Below the pieces are notes generated by a model. That model ran no database searches. It was not told where the DNA came from and worked only from the letters and a program-made list of their open reading frames with translations. This document shows, one piece after another, positions 48,611 through 60,446 of a stretch of DNA of 64,000 nt. This DNA is from an uncultured Porphyromonadaceae bacterium. Its GTDB lineage: Bacteria > Bacteroidota > Bacteroidia > Bacteroidales > Muribaculaceae. Numbering within the stretch: position 1 is the stretch's first letter; each line of letters starts with the position of its first letter. The stretch covers positions 9,628-73,627 of the forward strand of contig CAMWXI010000001.1 in NCBI GenBank assembly GCA_947178175.1, given 5' to 3'. The position numbers and the translations under genes were made by a program.

Positions 48611-51397
48611 TCACCGCATTACACTGAACGAATAAACCACATTTCCGGATTTATCCGTCAGCCTATACTGTCCGGTTTTTAAATCTTTTACAGCTGCCGG
48701 ATGCCATGAGGCTGACATTCCGGATGTAGAATTCAGGGTAGCTATTTCCTCTCCCGATTCATTCATGATTCTGAAAGTCTCTCCTTCTTTTAAACCATGA
48801 AAAGTCATCTCCCCTCTAAAATCAGGAGTCACATACTCCGGAATGGCAGAAATTCCCACACCATTCTGCTGCGACTCTTCCGAACCGGATGGGCGGAAAC
48901 GATAGAGTGTGCCGTAGGTTGCCACCCATACATCGTTTGTCACCGGATCCACTCCAAGAGCCTTCACATTATCATCAGTAAGCTCGGAATTCGATTTATT
49001 CCAGAACCCTAATAACTTTCTATTGTCCGGAGAAATGGCAAATAAGCCTGATGGAGAACCAAACCACTTGCGGCCAACAGGGTCTACTTTCACAAACATG
49101 GTCTGGAAGTTACTGATAAATGAAGGCTCAACCTCACCATCCTCATCCAGTTCTACGGAATAAAGCACCGGGTCGTCAGAAAACACTTCTGAAAGTTTGA
49201 AATAATATGGTCCTCTTTCAGTCATCAGCCACACCTCACCACGCCGGGGATCTTCATCTACATAATATGTGAAACAGTAGGTATCGGTGGTACGTCCATT
49301 AGTTCCGGCCAATCTGAAGTCACTGAAAGTGACAATACGGTCGTCTGAAGTGTCATCAAGTGTCCCCCGATGGTCTATAATGAATGGCTGGGTAGCCGTA
49401 ACATAATATGACAGAGGAGCATAAACAAGACAGGTCTGATATCCTTCACTTTTCAGCGGCAACAATTGCTGTGCATTAACACCCTTCTTCCCGGGAAGTT
49501 TTATATGACTGAAACCATTAGCTTTAAGGAGGTCATGATTGGTATATATATCTTCGCATGCTTGACGTTTATCCGCATCCCAATATGTCAGATACAGATT
49601 TCCGTCATATCCACCGGAGGGATAATGTCCCGTCATCCACATCCGGTTGTCGGCATCAAAGGCGGGATTTGTGAAGTTTATATATTTACCGGTTGGTATA
49701 TCCTGAAACGCATCGCTGATATATCCCTTCAACGATGTCAGCGGAAGACCCGGCATTCCCATCACCACCACTTCTTCAGGTTTTGACAGACTTCTGCGAA
49801 TCAAACCATAATAATAATGTGAGGAATAATATTTATCATTATCCGTAGGATCTGTTGCCAAACCTCGTGTGCGGGATGTGAGTCGTCCTACCGTATAGTT
49901 CTGCGGGAATACATCCAGATACTCCCACTTATCATTTCTGAACGCTGAAATATTACCCGGCTGGTCGGGAGTGTCATTAACCGCTCTCACATCATATTGA
50001 TTTCCGGAGAACATCATCCCTTTCAACGGATTATAGTCAATTGTTGAAGGGATTGCTATTGAATTCCCCACTACCGGAATATCGTCGCTACGCTTACTCC
50101 ACACCACATTCGCATCCCAATCTGAGGAAGCATCACGGGTTATGGTACGGGTGAAGAATCCGACCTTGGTGTTAAGAGACATGAAGGTTTCTCCATCCCA
50201 TGTAGCAACCATTCTATGCTCTTCATCCGTCAATTTTCCGACCGAACTGTTGATAGTAGACTTCGGAATATAGACACATGCCCGCTGACAAAAATCGAGT
50301 GCCGGGTCTGCGGCCGTCAAATCCGGTTCAACTCCGGACTTCACAAGCAAAATCCCATTCTGAGAATTCAAAAGATAACCATCGCGATAATTCCCGGTAA
50401 GCGTCTCGATGGGATAAAGATGAGTCGCATACACATTTGTTCCGGCCTTTGAATCTGTATATTTCAGATTTTTCAGATGCAACAGCTCAGGCATTCCCTC
50501 ATCATCCAATGTCAGGAGGATCGGGCAATATGATGCTGTGCCGACCTGACCATTGATAATCACAGACTTTTCGGTGATCGGCATCAATACCTGAGGAGCG
50601 GAGACACGTCCTTCGGAAGTGCATCCATCTGCGAAGGATACGCTATATTCCTCATCCATAGGCACGGCATTTTCACTCTCCGGAGTTTCATTACCCGGCA
50701 AGAGAAAAAGTCGCGGTGTCCCATTGGCATCGTCCGCTATCCATATCATTTTGTCCCCTATAGGGGCTGCATAGCGTGGTCCGACGTTAAGTATGATATT
50801 TTTTAATATCTTGCCGGTAGCAGTCTCAAACACCATCATCCCCATGTTATGGCAAACGTAAAATTCTTTCCCATCGACCGTAAATGTAATGGAATTTATC
50901 CTGTTGTTGGTAGGAAGCGGGAGGACAGCGAGGTTATCGATGGTGATTATCTTTTCATCATCATATACCACGTCGAGAGTTGCATCATCGTATGCTATCA
51001 CCAAAGCACCGGCTGCCGGAGAATACTGAATTGTCTGCAAGAGATTGCGACTCATGGAGAGTTCGGTGTTCGCGCTATATACCCCTTTTTCAGGGTGTTT
51101 CATATCATAACGGTATAATGCGTTAAACTCTCGTCCCAGGTCAAGGTCAATGGTATTGATAGAATATTTATTCTTCTTATAGGCACGACCTCTCACCACG
51201 AAATAATTATAACGCGGGGTTGAGACAGCCTTGGACAGCTGTTCTGCCGGAAACTGGTTATATATATCAGCAGCGGGATAGGCTGTCCATGATCCGGACA
51301 TATTCGTGAATGACAATGCCGGTTGTGGGTTTGACATAGCCATACCCATTACAAATACAGAAGCAATTATAGATGTCTTAATATATTCCGATCGCAT
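48611..51397 (-). CDS. PorZ-like beta-propeller protein with probable T9SS C-terminal domain
   Basis: Signal peptide then GSW..YP and IQYS...LVIAYDD; propeller repeats (AFDADNRMW, VDPVGRKWFG, NSELTDDNVKALGVD...VWVAT); PorZ-like C-terminus (P..VTPDFRG.MTFHGL...TGQY). ATG 51397 preferred. Confidence 0.65.
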   Translation of the reverse strand: MRSEYIKTSIIASVFVMGMAMSNPQPALSFTNMSGSWTAYPAADIYNQFPAEQLSKAVSTPRYNYFVVRGRAYKKNKYSINTIDLDLGREFNALYRYDMKHPEKGVYSANTELSMSRNLLQTIQYSPAAGALVIAYDDATLDVVYDDEKIITIDNLAVLPLPTNNRINSITFTVDGKEFYVCHNMGMMVFETATGKILKNIILNVGPRYAAPIGDKMIWIADDANGTPRLFLLPGNETPESENAVPMDEEYSVSFADGCTSEGRVSAPQVLMPITEKSVIINGQVGTASYCPILLTLDDEGMPELLHLKNLKYTDSKAGTNVYATHLYPIETLTGNYRDGYLLNSQNGILLVKSGVEPDLTAADPALDFCQRACVYIPKSTINSSVGKLTDEEHRMVATWDGETFMSLNTKVGFFTRTITRDASSDWDANVVWSKRSDDIPVVGNSIAIPSTIDYNPLKGMMFSGNQYDVRAVNDTPDQPGNISAFRNDKWEYLDVFPQNYTVGRLTSRTRGLATDPTDNDKYYSSHYYYGLIRRSLSKPEEVVVMGMPGLPLTSLKGYISDAFQDIPTGKYINFTNPAFDADNRMWMTGHYPSGGYDGNLYLTYWDADKRQACEDIYTNHDLLKANGFSHIKLPGKKGVNAQQLLPLKSEGYQTCLVYAPLSYYVTATQPFIIDHRGTLDDTSDDRIVTFSDFRLAGTNGRTTDTYCFTYYVDEDPRRGEVWLMTERGPYYFKLSEVFSDDPVLYSVELDEDGEVEPSFISNFQTMFVKVDPVGRKWFGSPSGLFAISPDNRKLLGFWNKSNSELTDDNVKALGVDPVTNDVWVATYGTLYRFRPSGSEESQQNGVGISAIPEYVTPDFRGEMTFHGLKEGETFRIMNESGEEIATLNSTSGMSASWHPAAVKDLKTGQYRLTDKSGNVVYSFSVMR

Positions 51398-51497
51398 GAT
51401 GCGGCTTGTATTTTCGTGTAAATTAATGAGAAACTGAGAGCCCAAAATAATTACCTGTCGGGATGGGCCTTAATTAAGAACGTAAATCCCCCTTATT

Positions 51498-54400
51498 TTA
51501 TTTTCTTACAACGCGTTTAGCAGCAAAGGCTTTCCCGTCGAGCTCAACACTCAGTATATATATGCCGGCTTCGACATCCGGATATATTCTCATTCCCTCA
51601 CCGGCCTGTGCGGCAAATTCGTTTATCAGGAAGTTTCTTCCATCAAGGGAATGAAGAGTAAGACGATATCTTCCATCACAAGGGGCAGTCACATCAATGA
51701 AACTATCAAAAAGAACAGGAGTCACTTTCAACTCTTTCTCATTTCCGACAATGCCCTCAACACCTGAGAATCCGAGTCGCAGTTCCATCTCGCGGGAGTC
51801 CTCGCCATATTCATTGCGCAATGTCAGACGCACAGGAAGGCCTCGGTTCATTTCTGAATATACCTGATTCAAATCATAATCAGTATATTTCAACACTATA
51901 CTTCCGCCATCATCCTCATCTTCCCTTGCCAATATCTCGGCTCCGGGAGCATCCCATATTACTTCCGTCTTAAGACCCGAACCTTTTCCTTCAACGTAAG
52001 GAGAGCCACTGCAGAACTGCGGAGAATACCAGGTCATCGAAGACTGTCCCTCGACTTCGGTTGATTCAAATCCGGGCACACCGGCCTTAAAACTTCCGCT
52101 CCCCTGATTTTCAAACAGTCCTTTGTCGTCCGGGTCTGTCTCGAAATCAAAGTAACCGGTCAGACCCTCCATATCATTCGCAGAGACGTTTCCCATCGCT
52201 CTCACCACTTCCTCAGCGGTAAGAGCCTTTTCCCAGACCATGAAGTTGTCTACATTACCGGCAACCGAGCCATTCTTGTGAATATATCCGCCTAAGGCAA
52301 GGATATTGTTTTCTCTCCATTCTTTAGGGCGTCCTGCAAAGGTAGGAGCACCGGACTGCTCCTCATCTCCCACACTCCAAGAGGACACTTCTTTTTTCTC
52401 TCCATTGACGAAAATCGAGGGAAGGACCTCTCCGGCTTCATTTGTCTCAAAAACGTAGGCAAGATGATACCATCTTCCGGCACTTAACTGCAAGTCAGTA
52501 AATTTATATGTAAGATTTTCTCCATCCTCAAGACGAAGGGCAAACTCGTTGGAAGTGCCGTCTTCCTTAAGGGTATGCCAGAAATATCCCCAGTTATTTA
52601 CGGGCCAACTGTCCGTATTGTCGCGAATATTGAGCATGTGAACTCTATTTGCAGAGAAAGACTCCGGCTTAAACCAGAAACTGACACTGAATGATTTCTC
52701 AGGATTCATGCCGGAATCCGCCCATCTGAATCCGAGACCTTTTTCTCCGACACGCAAGCCGCGGGATGTGGTGCCTTCTCCTTTATCCGCTCTATAAGCA
52801 AGATAGGCCTTCGTGCCTTTAAACTTCAATTCTCCTTCGTCAAGAAGCTCTCCTTCTGTCTCAGGATTGGCATTGTCCACGCCTGCCTCAAGGATTGAGG
52901 GTATCGCTCCCTGCTCTTCTCCGATTATTTGTATGTAACCCTGAAATCTTCGATTGTCAACTGTCAGGTCGTACATTCCCGGAGCATCAATTCCTTCGGC
53001 CATATTCAATGAAAGAGTGCCTTTACTTTCTGCAATCCGCTTTCCCGACTTGTCAAATATTGCCCAATCGGACACGGCATGACGCGGGTCTGTATAGCCT
53101 ACGCTGAATGTCTCTCCGGGATGCAACACTTTTACACTCGCTTCTATTTCGTCACTGACCTCATATTTATCAGTGAAATCGTAATAGTCACTCCACGCTA
53201 TCTCACTCTCCGAACTTCCATCAAGATTAAGCGCACTTACCCCTAATCTGACTTTTCCGGAGCCATCATTATTCACAGGAATTGAGAAAAGCAAACCGGC
53301 CCATGATGGTGTCATACCCATCATCACGGGTTTTTCATTCTCCTGCTGGGCCCACAAACGGAACAGTGAGGTGTTGACATCTATATTATAGCATACATCA
53401 TTCCCCTTATCGTTGGGCATATTGAAAATTATCTTTCCATCAACAGCACCGTTTCTGGCAGCCAGCAATTCACTTTTTTCTATCTGAGGAGTTGCCACCT
53501 CCTGCTTCATATCGGATTTACGGACAATTGAAAATTCTCCTAATCTCAAGTCCAGATCCGACGCATTCTGGAAATGAAGGGCAATCATAGCCACTTCTTT
53601 ACCGGCCGGAATATTTATATCGGCACCTACTGTAAAACTCTTTTCCACCCATCGTCCGGTCATGGGAGACACAGCGTGCATCACCCTGAATTCCTTCTCT
53701 CCGAGAGGCTTGTTCTCCTCCCCCTTGAGCGAGAGAATAAGAGCCGCATCGCTCTTTCCGTTGACAACTTTATAGCGAAGTGTGATGACATCTCCATCCT
53801 TCACTTCAAATTCTGTCTTGAAAAGATGGAGATATTCATCAGCAGAAGTTCCGTAGATTTTCATTGATGAGCCTCCCATATAGGCATCATCCCATACGAA
53901 GTCCCCTTTCAATCCGTTCTGTGCAACATCGTTAGCCTCGCGTCCCATAAATTTCCGTGAGAACCACCACATCCATGTAGGAAGATAGTCCTGAATACCG
54001 ATGTTATACCATTCTGAATTATGCTGACGTTCCCCCTTATAATTGAAGAATTTTCCGTTTCCAAGATTAAAATATGAAATAAACGGTTCGTCACTTAGAT
54101 TCCATTTCAAGGCCGAACGGGCTGACATCATCTTTGACATCCCGAAGAAATCCGCTGTCTCGGAACCATGAATCAGAGAATTGGTTAACCCGGGTGTATT
54201 CACCGGATTGCGGGTGCTCCCCGTGAACCATCTCAACACACGGTCAAGATAAGTTTTCTGATTCTTATCAGGGTTTGAACCATTAGCTTCTCTCCCCTCA
54301 AAAAACATATTCTGGGAGTGTGCGCCCCATAAACCTATTGAGAGTGGATACTTGGCGAGAAGTGGCCATATTTCAGGGAAATATGCCGGTTCGCGCCCCT

Positions 54401-55283
54401 GCATGTTGATACCGCAATAGAGGTCAAGGGGTGTGCGACCATATTTCTTGGCGTTATTCACTGAAAGGTTCATCACATTCTCCCGATTCCAATTATAGTT
54501 GAAAAACAAAGAGGTGCGTATATAATTCTGTGTTCCCCAGTTTCCTACATTATGAGTATTGAGTCCGGCATCGAAATGAATCTCTCCATTTGTGTCTGTG
54601 CCGTCATACCATATAAACTCCGTGAGGGGGTTCCCCTTCTCCTTCATCAGCTTTACAGTATTATGATGAAGCGGCATAAGGTCTTTAATCAACTGGGCAT
54701 CTCCTTCAAATTCCGAGTTGTAACCTATTCCGTCAACTCCGTAATAAATCAGATAGTCGCTGAGTTTCTCGGGAGATACTTTCCCCAATTCGGCAAGAGC
54801 TGCTTCCCATTCAGGTGTGATATAACCGTAGGGTATCGAAGCCACTGAACTGACCGGCACCCCATTCTTATGTGCCACATCGCTAAACCCTCCGGGGATA
54901 CGCACGAGCGGTGTTGACCAGTTGCCATAATGAGTGACATATGACCACATAGGAAAAACCTCACTGTCGAACACTCCGTCTGGCAAGGCATTAAACTCCT
55001 GATTATTAATCGGAACCCAGAAAATCAATTTTTTATCGTTTGAGTCGTCTAACGACGTGTTTACCTGGGTGGCGATATTACGAAAACGCTGTTTTGGTTT
55101 TACGCGGGATATAAAGAAATTATCATCTTCTGTCCATTTCTGACCTTTTGTCCATTTCTGAAGGGCTGCCGGGAAATCAGAACCTTTGACACCCCAGTCA
55201 ACATAACCCGGACGTATGGATTGCGCCGAAACCGTGAGGGCACAAGCCATTGCCAATGCACCGGAAAGTATATATCGTTTCAT
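51498..55283 (-). CDS. Secreted GH85 endo-beta-N-acetylglucosaminidase with LamG-like domain and T9SS CTD
   Basis: Signal peptide; WSYV, DVAHKNGVPV, YYGVDGIGYNSE (N-x-E catalytic pair), IWYD, YNIGIQDYLPTW; LamG-like FSVSFWFK/GRWYHLAYV; CTD LHSLDGR...GIYIL...KRVVRK. Confidence 0.85.
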   Translation of the reverse strand: MKRYILSGALAMACALTVSAQSIRPGYVDWGVKGSDFPAALQKWTKGQKWTEDDNFFISRVKPKQRFRNIATQVNTSLDDSNDKKLIFWVPINNQEFNALPDGVFDSEVFPMWSYVTHYGNWSTPLVRIPGGFSDVAHKNGVPVSSVASIPYGYITPEWEAALAELGKVSPEKLSDYLIYYGVDGIGYNSEFEGDAQLIKDLMPLHHNTVKLMKEKGNPLTEFIWYDGTDTNGEIHFDAGLNTHNVGNWGTQNYIRTSLFFNYNWNRENVMNLSVNNAKKYGRTPLDLYCGINMQGREPAYFPEIWPLLAKYPLSIGLWGAHSQNMFFEGREANGSNPDKNQKTYLDRVLRWFTGSTRNPVNTPGLTNSLIHGSETADFFGMSKMMSARSALKWNLSDEPFISYFNLGNGKFFNYKGERQHNSEWYNIGIQDYLPTWMWWFSRKFMGREANDVAQNGLKGDFVWDDAYMGGSSMKIYGTSADEYLHLFKTEFEVKDGDVITLRYKVVNGKSDAALILSLKGEENKPLGEKEFRVMHAVSPMTGRWVEKSFTVGADINIPAGKEVAMIALHFQNASDLDLRLGEFSIVRKSDMKQEVATPQIEKSELLAARNGAVDGKIIFNMPNDKGNDVCYNIDVNTSLFRLWAQQENEKPVMMGMTPSWAGLLFSIPVNNDGSGKVRLGVSALNLDGSSESEIAWSDYYDFTDKYEVSDEIEASVKVLHPGETFSVGYTDPRHAVSDWAIFDKSGKRIAESKGTLSLNMAEGIDAPGMYDLTVDNRRFQGYIQIIGEEQGAIPSILEAGVDNANPETEGELLDEGELKFKGTKAYLAYRADKGEGTTSRGLRVGEKGLGFRWADSGMNPEKSFSVSFWFKPESFSANRVHMLNIRDNTDSWPVNNWGYFWHTLKEDGTSNEFALRLEDGENLTYKFTDLQLSAGRWYHLAYVFETNEAGEVLPSIFVNGEKKEVSSWSVGDEEQSGAPTFAGRPKEWRENNILALGGYIHKNGSVAGNVDNFMVWEKALTAEEVVRAMGNVSANDMEGLTGYFDFETDPDDKGLFENQGSGSFKAGVPGFESTEVEGQSSMTWYSPQFCSGSPYVEGKGSGLKTEVIWDAPGAEILAREDEDDGGSIVLKYTDYDLNQVYSEMNRGLPVRLTLRNEYGEDSREMELRLGFSGVEGIVGNEKELKVTPVLFDSFIDVTAPCDGRYRLTLHSLDGRNFLINEFAAQAGEGMRIYPDVEAGIYILSVELDGKAFAAKRVVRK

Positions 55284-55308
55284 AATGATTAGTTCTCTTG
55301 TAATTTTG

Positions 55309-55339
55309 CAAATTTAATTCTTTTTTATCCCTTTTCAAA
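55309..55339 (-). promoter_or_regulatory. sigmaA-type promoter of the GH85 gene
   Basis: Minus strand TTTG at 55339-55336, 19-nt spacer, TAAATTTG at 55316-55309. Confidence 0.7.
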
Positions 55340-55353
55340 ACACGATACCCTCC

Positions 55354-55417
55354 ATTTAACCTATTCCTCCGAGATTTAACCTATTATTTAAGAGATTTTT
55401 GAGTTATTTAACAATAT
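55354..55417. repeat. Direct repeats upstream of the GH85 promoter (candidate operator)
   Basis: ATTTAACCTATT at 55354 and 55374 (exact, 20-bp period); degenerate ATTTAAGAGATT at 55386 and ATTTAACAATAT at 55406. Confidence 0.65.
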
Positions 55418-55445
55418 CATTCCTCTCTCTAAAAAGCAGACTGTA

Positions 55446-56267
55446 TCAAGCCTTGCGACGACGTCGGAAGAGCGGAGTATTGAAGCGGAGGTTTTTATTG
55501 ACCTGATAGTTTATTGCATCTTCGGGACATTCGTAAAGGCAATCAAAGCATCTCACGCATCGCGAGTTGTCAACGTATCTGCTTACAACCTTTATGCACT
55601 TTGCCGGACATACATCTTCGCATTTTCCACAAACTGTGCATTTGTCAGGATTTATCTCTATGTGCAACAATGTTTTCCCATCCGACGCACCCATTGCGGA
55701 TCCTAACGGACAAATCCGAGTGCAAAAGTCACGACCTCTGTGGTAAGCAAAACCTGACAATAATATCAGTGATACACCTCCGGCTATCATTCCTCCTATT
55801 GTGCCGAAAGCTAATTCGCCCCATGTGCCGCTGACTGCATCCCTGTTGACTAAAGAGATGATATTTTCCATTATATGCCAGGGATCCAAGAGAAGACCTG
55901 CAACTGCCGCTCCCGGCAACAATACTAATAAAGCGACATAGACAATAAGAATATGATAACGTGTCTTGCCGGGATTCTTATATCTGAATTCTCCACGCTT
56001 CCCTATCTTTCTGCGCAACCATATCGCACAATCCTGCATACTCCCTATCGGACAGACTGTAGAGCAATAAATTCTTCCGAAAAGAAAAGTGGCTACAAAC
56101 CAGAATAACGCAGCTCCTGCCGTTGCTGACAAAGCAGAGGGAATCACCTGCACATATTTAGCAACCGGCGCCATGGGATGCACCGTGGCGCCGAATATAA
56201 GCAATGCCAGGGTGGCCACAAAAAAAATTGTTGCCAGAAAGATCCTTATGGTGCGTAAATTTTTCAT
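55446..56267 (-). CDS. Membrane 4Fe-4S polyferredoxin (NapH/MauN-like)
   Basis: TM segments; GRIYCSTVCPIG and GRDFCTRICPLG; two CxxCxxCxxxCP ferredoxin motifs. Confidence 0.88.
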   Translation of the reverse strand: MKNLRTIRIFLATIFFVATLALLIFGATVHPMAPVAKYVQVIPSALSATAGAALFWFVATFLFGRIYCSTVCPIGSMQDCAIWLRRKIGKRGEFRYKNPGKTRYHILIVYVALLVLLPGAAVAGLLLDPWHIMENIISLVNRDAVSGTWGELAFGTIGGMIAGGVSLILLSGFAYHRGRDFCTRICPLGSAMGASDGKTLLHIEINPDKCTVCGKCEDVCPAKCIKVVSRYVDNSRCVRCFDCLYECPEDAINYQVNKNLRFNTPLFRRRRKA

Positions 56268-56390
56268 TACCCCAAAATTAACAATTTTTCAGTTACCAAC
56301 GAAACGATTTTAAGTGTCTCCGGACTCCTTCTCCTCTCTCCCTCTTCCGATTTTTCCGGGTATATATTTTGTGGAAAGAAGTCTAGTGAT

Positions 56391-56420
56391 AAAAAAATCC
56401 GGCCTCAGAATGAAGCCGGA
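56391..56420 (-). terminator. Intrinsic terminator of pyrG-yidC
   Basis: Minus strand TCCGGCTTCA-TTC-TGAGGCCGGA followed by TTTTTTT, 20 nt after the yidC stop. Confidence 0.85.
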
Positions 56421-56440
56421 ATATTTGCGTTGAAATGTTT

Positions 56441-58537
56441 TTATCTTTTCTGTTTCTTTTGCTGCTCTTTCAGCATCTGCTGCTGTTGGCGCTGCATCTC
56501 TTCAAGGCGTGCCATAAACCCGCTTTTCTTTTTCGGCTTCTTGGCATTCTCCGCCATCGCCTTGCGCACATCTTCCTCCTTGATAAATCTACGCACCGCG
56601 TAGGTCTGGATAATTGTGATAAGCAATGAGAGGAAGTAGTAGTAGCTCAAGCCTGCCGCATAGTTGTTGAAGAACACCAGGAAGAATAGCGGCATCAGAT
56701 ACATCATCCATTTCATTCCCGGCATCTGTCCCGGCGTATTCTGAGTATTGATATAGGTATAGATGATGTTTGTGGCCGTCATCAGCAGACAGAACAATGA
56801 AATATGATTACCGAAGTATTCGGTGACAAACGGTATGTTCCCACTCCATGAAATGATTGCATCCGGGGCTGAAAGGTCATGTGCCCACAGGAAGCTCTGT
56901 CCGCGCAATTCTATGCATGACGGGAAGAAGCTGAACATTGCAAAAAGAATAGGCATCTGCAACAGCATGGGGAGACATCCCGACATCGGACTGGCACCGG
57001 CTTTAGAGTATAATGCCATAGTCTTTTGCTGGCGTATCATGGCATTGTCATTGCCGGGATATTTCTCATTGATTTCTTTGATATCCGGCGCAAGAATTCT
57101 CATCTTCGCCTGACTCTTATAGCTCTTATAGGTCAATGGGAAGAGAATAAGCTTAATAAATATGGTCAGCAATAAGATTATGATACCATAGTTGGATATG
57201 AAGGAGCCGAGGAAGTCAAACACCGGAATGATAATAAGTGTGTTTATCCAACGGAAAAGACTCCAGCCGAGAGGAATAAGACGTGTTAGCTTCATATCCT
57301 CGTCAACTCCGGGTATATGCTTGTCAATTGACGACAACAACGGATAAGAGTTAGGCCCTATGAAGAGTGTGAAATTCACAGGATTCTCACTGTTCCAGTC
57401 ATAGTCGTTGAGCGTGGCATGGGTAGAGAATTTCTTAAGATAATTGGAGCCCTTCATCACTTCTGATTCCAGATCCGCATTAGTAAACGGACGCTCTGCA
57501 ATCATAACCGTGGAGAAAAATTGATTTTTGAAAGCTATCCAGCGTATCTTAGCCTGGCGCTCCTCGGAATCATTCTTGCTTTCCGAAAGATTTTCCACAG
57601 AACCTCCGGCAAACTTATAGAAGAGACCTGACTGGCGCTCTTCAAACATGCGTCCTTTCTCCTGACGTTGCAAATCCTGAGTCCAGTTAAATCCGAGAAT
57701 ACGGTTGTTACTTCTGACAACCTTCGCCATATTCTTCTGCACCACCTTGACACCTATGAGATAGGAATCTCCTTTGGGAAGGGTGTATTCAAATCCCCAA
57801 TAAGAATCAGGAGCAAGCTCGAGAATCATTCTGACAGTTGTGTCGTTGACTGCCACTGGTTTAAAATAGAGGTCGGCTGTCTCAATTGCCTGAGGCAGGG
57901 GCATTTCAAAATTGAAGACGTTTGATTTCCCCTCGAAAATCACAACCTTTTTACGTGTTTTCTTACTCTCATCGGGATTATATTCAGTGTCATATTTCTT
58001 CAATTCCGCACGAGTGACAGACCCTGACTTTGAACTGAGGGTGAGGGCAAGAACATCATTCTCCAGCTTGAGAGATTTGTCTGTGCCGTTGAGGAATGAT
58101 GCAAATTTACCAAATTTCCCCATGTTGGTGGAGAATGAACGTACTGCATCTATCGCGGCGCGCTGTTCCGCAGGAGTCATCTTCTGGAGGTCCGCGTTGA
58201 CAACATCATTCCAATCGAGCTGACGATCGTAGACTTTTACTGTTCCGGACAAAGAGTCGCCTATCAGACTGAGATTGACTATTGAATCACGGATAGCCAT
58301 GACACGGCGACCGTCGGCCATAGCCGCCGGCTGACCGTTTTCCGCTATGTTTGAGCGTAACCACTCCATTTCCTGAGTGGAGAGGGAATCAACCCCTACC
58401 GGTACCACTGCCTCCGTCTCTTCAGTGTCTTTACTGCCGGAGGTGTTGTCGGAATTGTCATTCTTAGGCTGTAGCCACATGAATCCGAAAAACACGAGAG
58501 CCATTAACAAAAGGCCGTAAATGGTGTTCTTATCCAT
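56441..58537 (-). CDS. yidC: Membrane protein insertase YidC
   Basis: MDKNTIYGLLLM, WIAFKNQFFS, NYGIIILLLTI..K..LFPL, GCLPMLLQMPI, FLWAHDLSAPD, GLSYYY. Confidence 0.97.
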   Translation of the reverse strand: MDKNTIYGLLLMALVFFGFMWLQPKNDNSDNTSGSKDTEETEAVVPVGVDSLSTQEMEWLRSNIAENGQPAAMADGRRVMAIRDSIVNLSLIGDSLSGTVKVYDRQLDWNDVVNADLQKMTPAEQRAAIDAVRSFSTNMGKFGKFASFLNGTDKSLKLENDVLALTLSSKSGSVTRAELKKYDTEYNPDESKKTRKKVVIFEGKSNVFNFEMPLPQAIETADLYFKPVAVNDTTVRMILELAPDSYWGFEYTLPKGDSYLIGVKVVQKNMAKVVRSNNRILGFNWTQDLQRQEKGRMFEERQSGLFYKFAGGSVENLSESKNDSEERQAKIRWIAFKNQFFSTVMIAERPFTNADLESEVMKGSNYLKKFSTHATLNDYDWNSENPVNFTLFIGPNSYPLLSSIDKHIPGVDEDMKLTRLIPLGWSLFRWINTLIIIPVFDFLGSFISNYGIIILLLTIFIKLILFPLTYKSYKSQAKMRILAPDIKEINEKYPGNDNAMIRQQKTMALYSKAGASPMSGCLPMLLQMPILFAMFSFFPSCIELRGQSFLWAHDLSAPDAIISWSGNIPFVTEYFGNHISLFCLLMTATNIIYTYINTQNTPGQMPGMKWMMYLMPLFFLVFFNNYAAGLSYYYFLSLLITIIQTYAVRRFIKEEDVRKAMAENAKKPKKKSGFMARLEEMQRQQQQMLKEQQKKQKR

Positions 58538-58540
58538 TTC

Positions 58541-60184
<1,644 letters not shown>

Positions 60185-60228
60185 TTATCGTTTCAGAAAA
60201 ACAAGCGGGCAGACCACACTTCAGAGTG

Positions 60229-60260
60229 CAAAATTAGCGAAAAATATATTACCTCGCAAA
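60229..60260 (-). promoter_or_regulatory. sigmaA-type promoter of pyrG-yidC
   Basis: Minus strand TTTG at 60260-60257, 20-nt spacer, TAATTTTG at 60236-60229. Confidence 0.7.
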
Positions 60261-60446
60261 AGACCTTTCAAAAACACAAGACCAAAAGAGAATCCTATAA
60301 ATGAATCTCTTTTTTCATTTGACAGATAATTTATGTTAATTTCTGAAAATTATTGAAATTGCGGGAGTATGATAATCCCAAAGACAGAGGTTATATAAAT
60401 TATTTTTTGTAACTTTACGATTCAATTAGGCTTAACTATCAAAATA

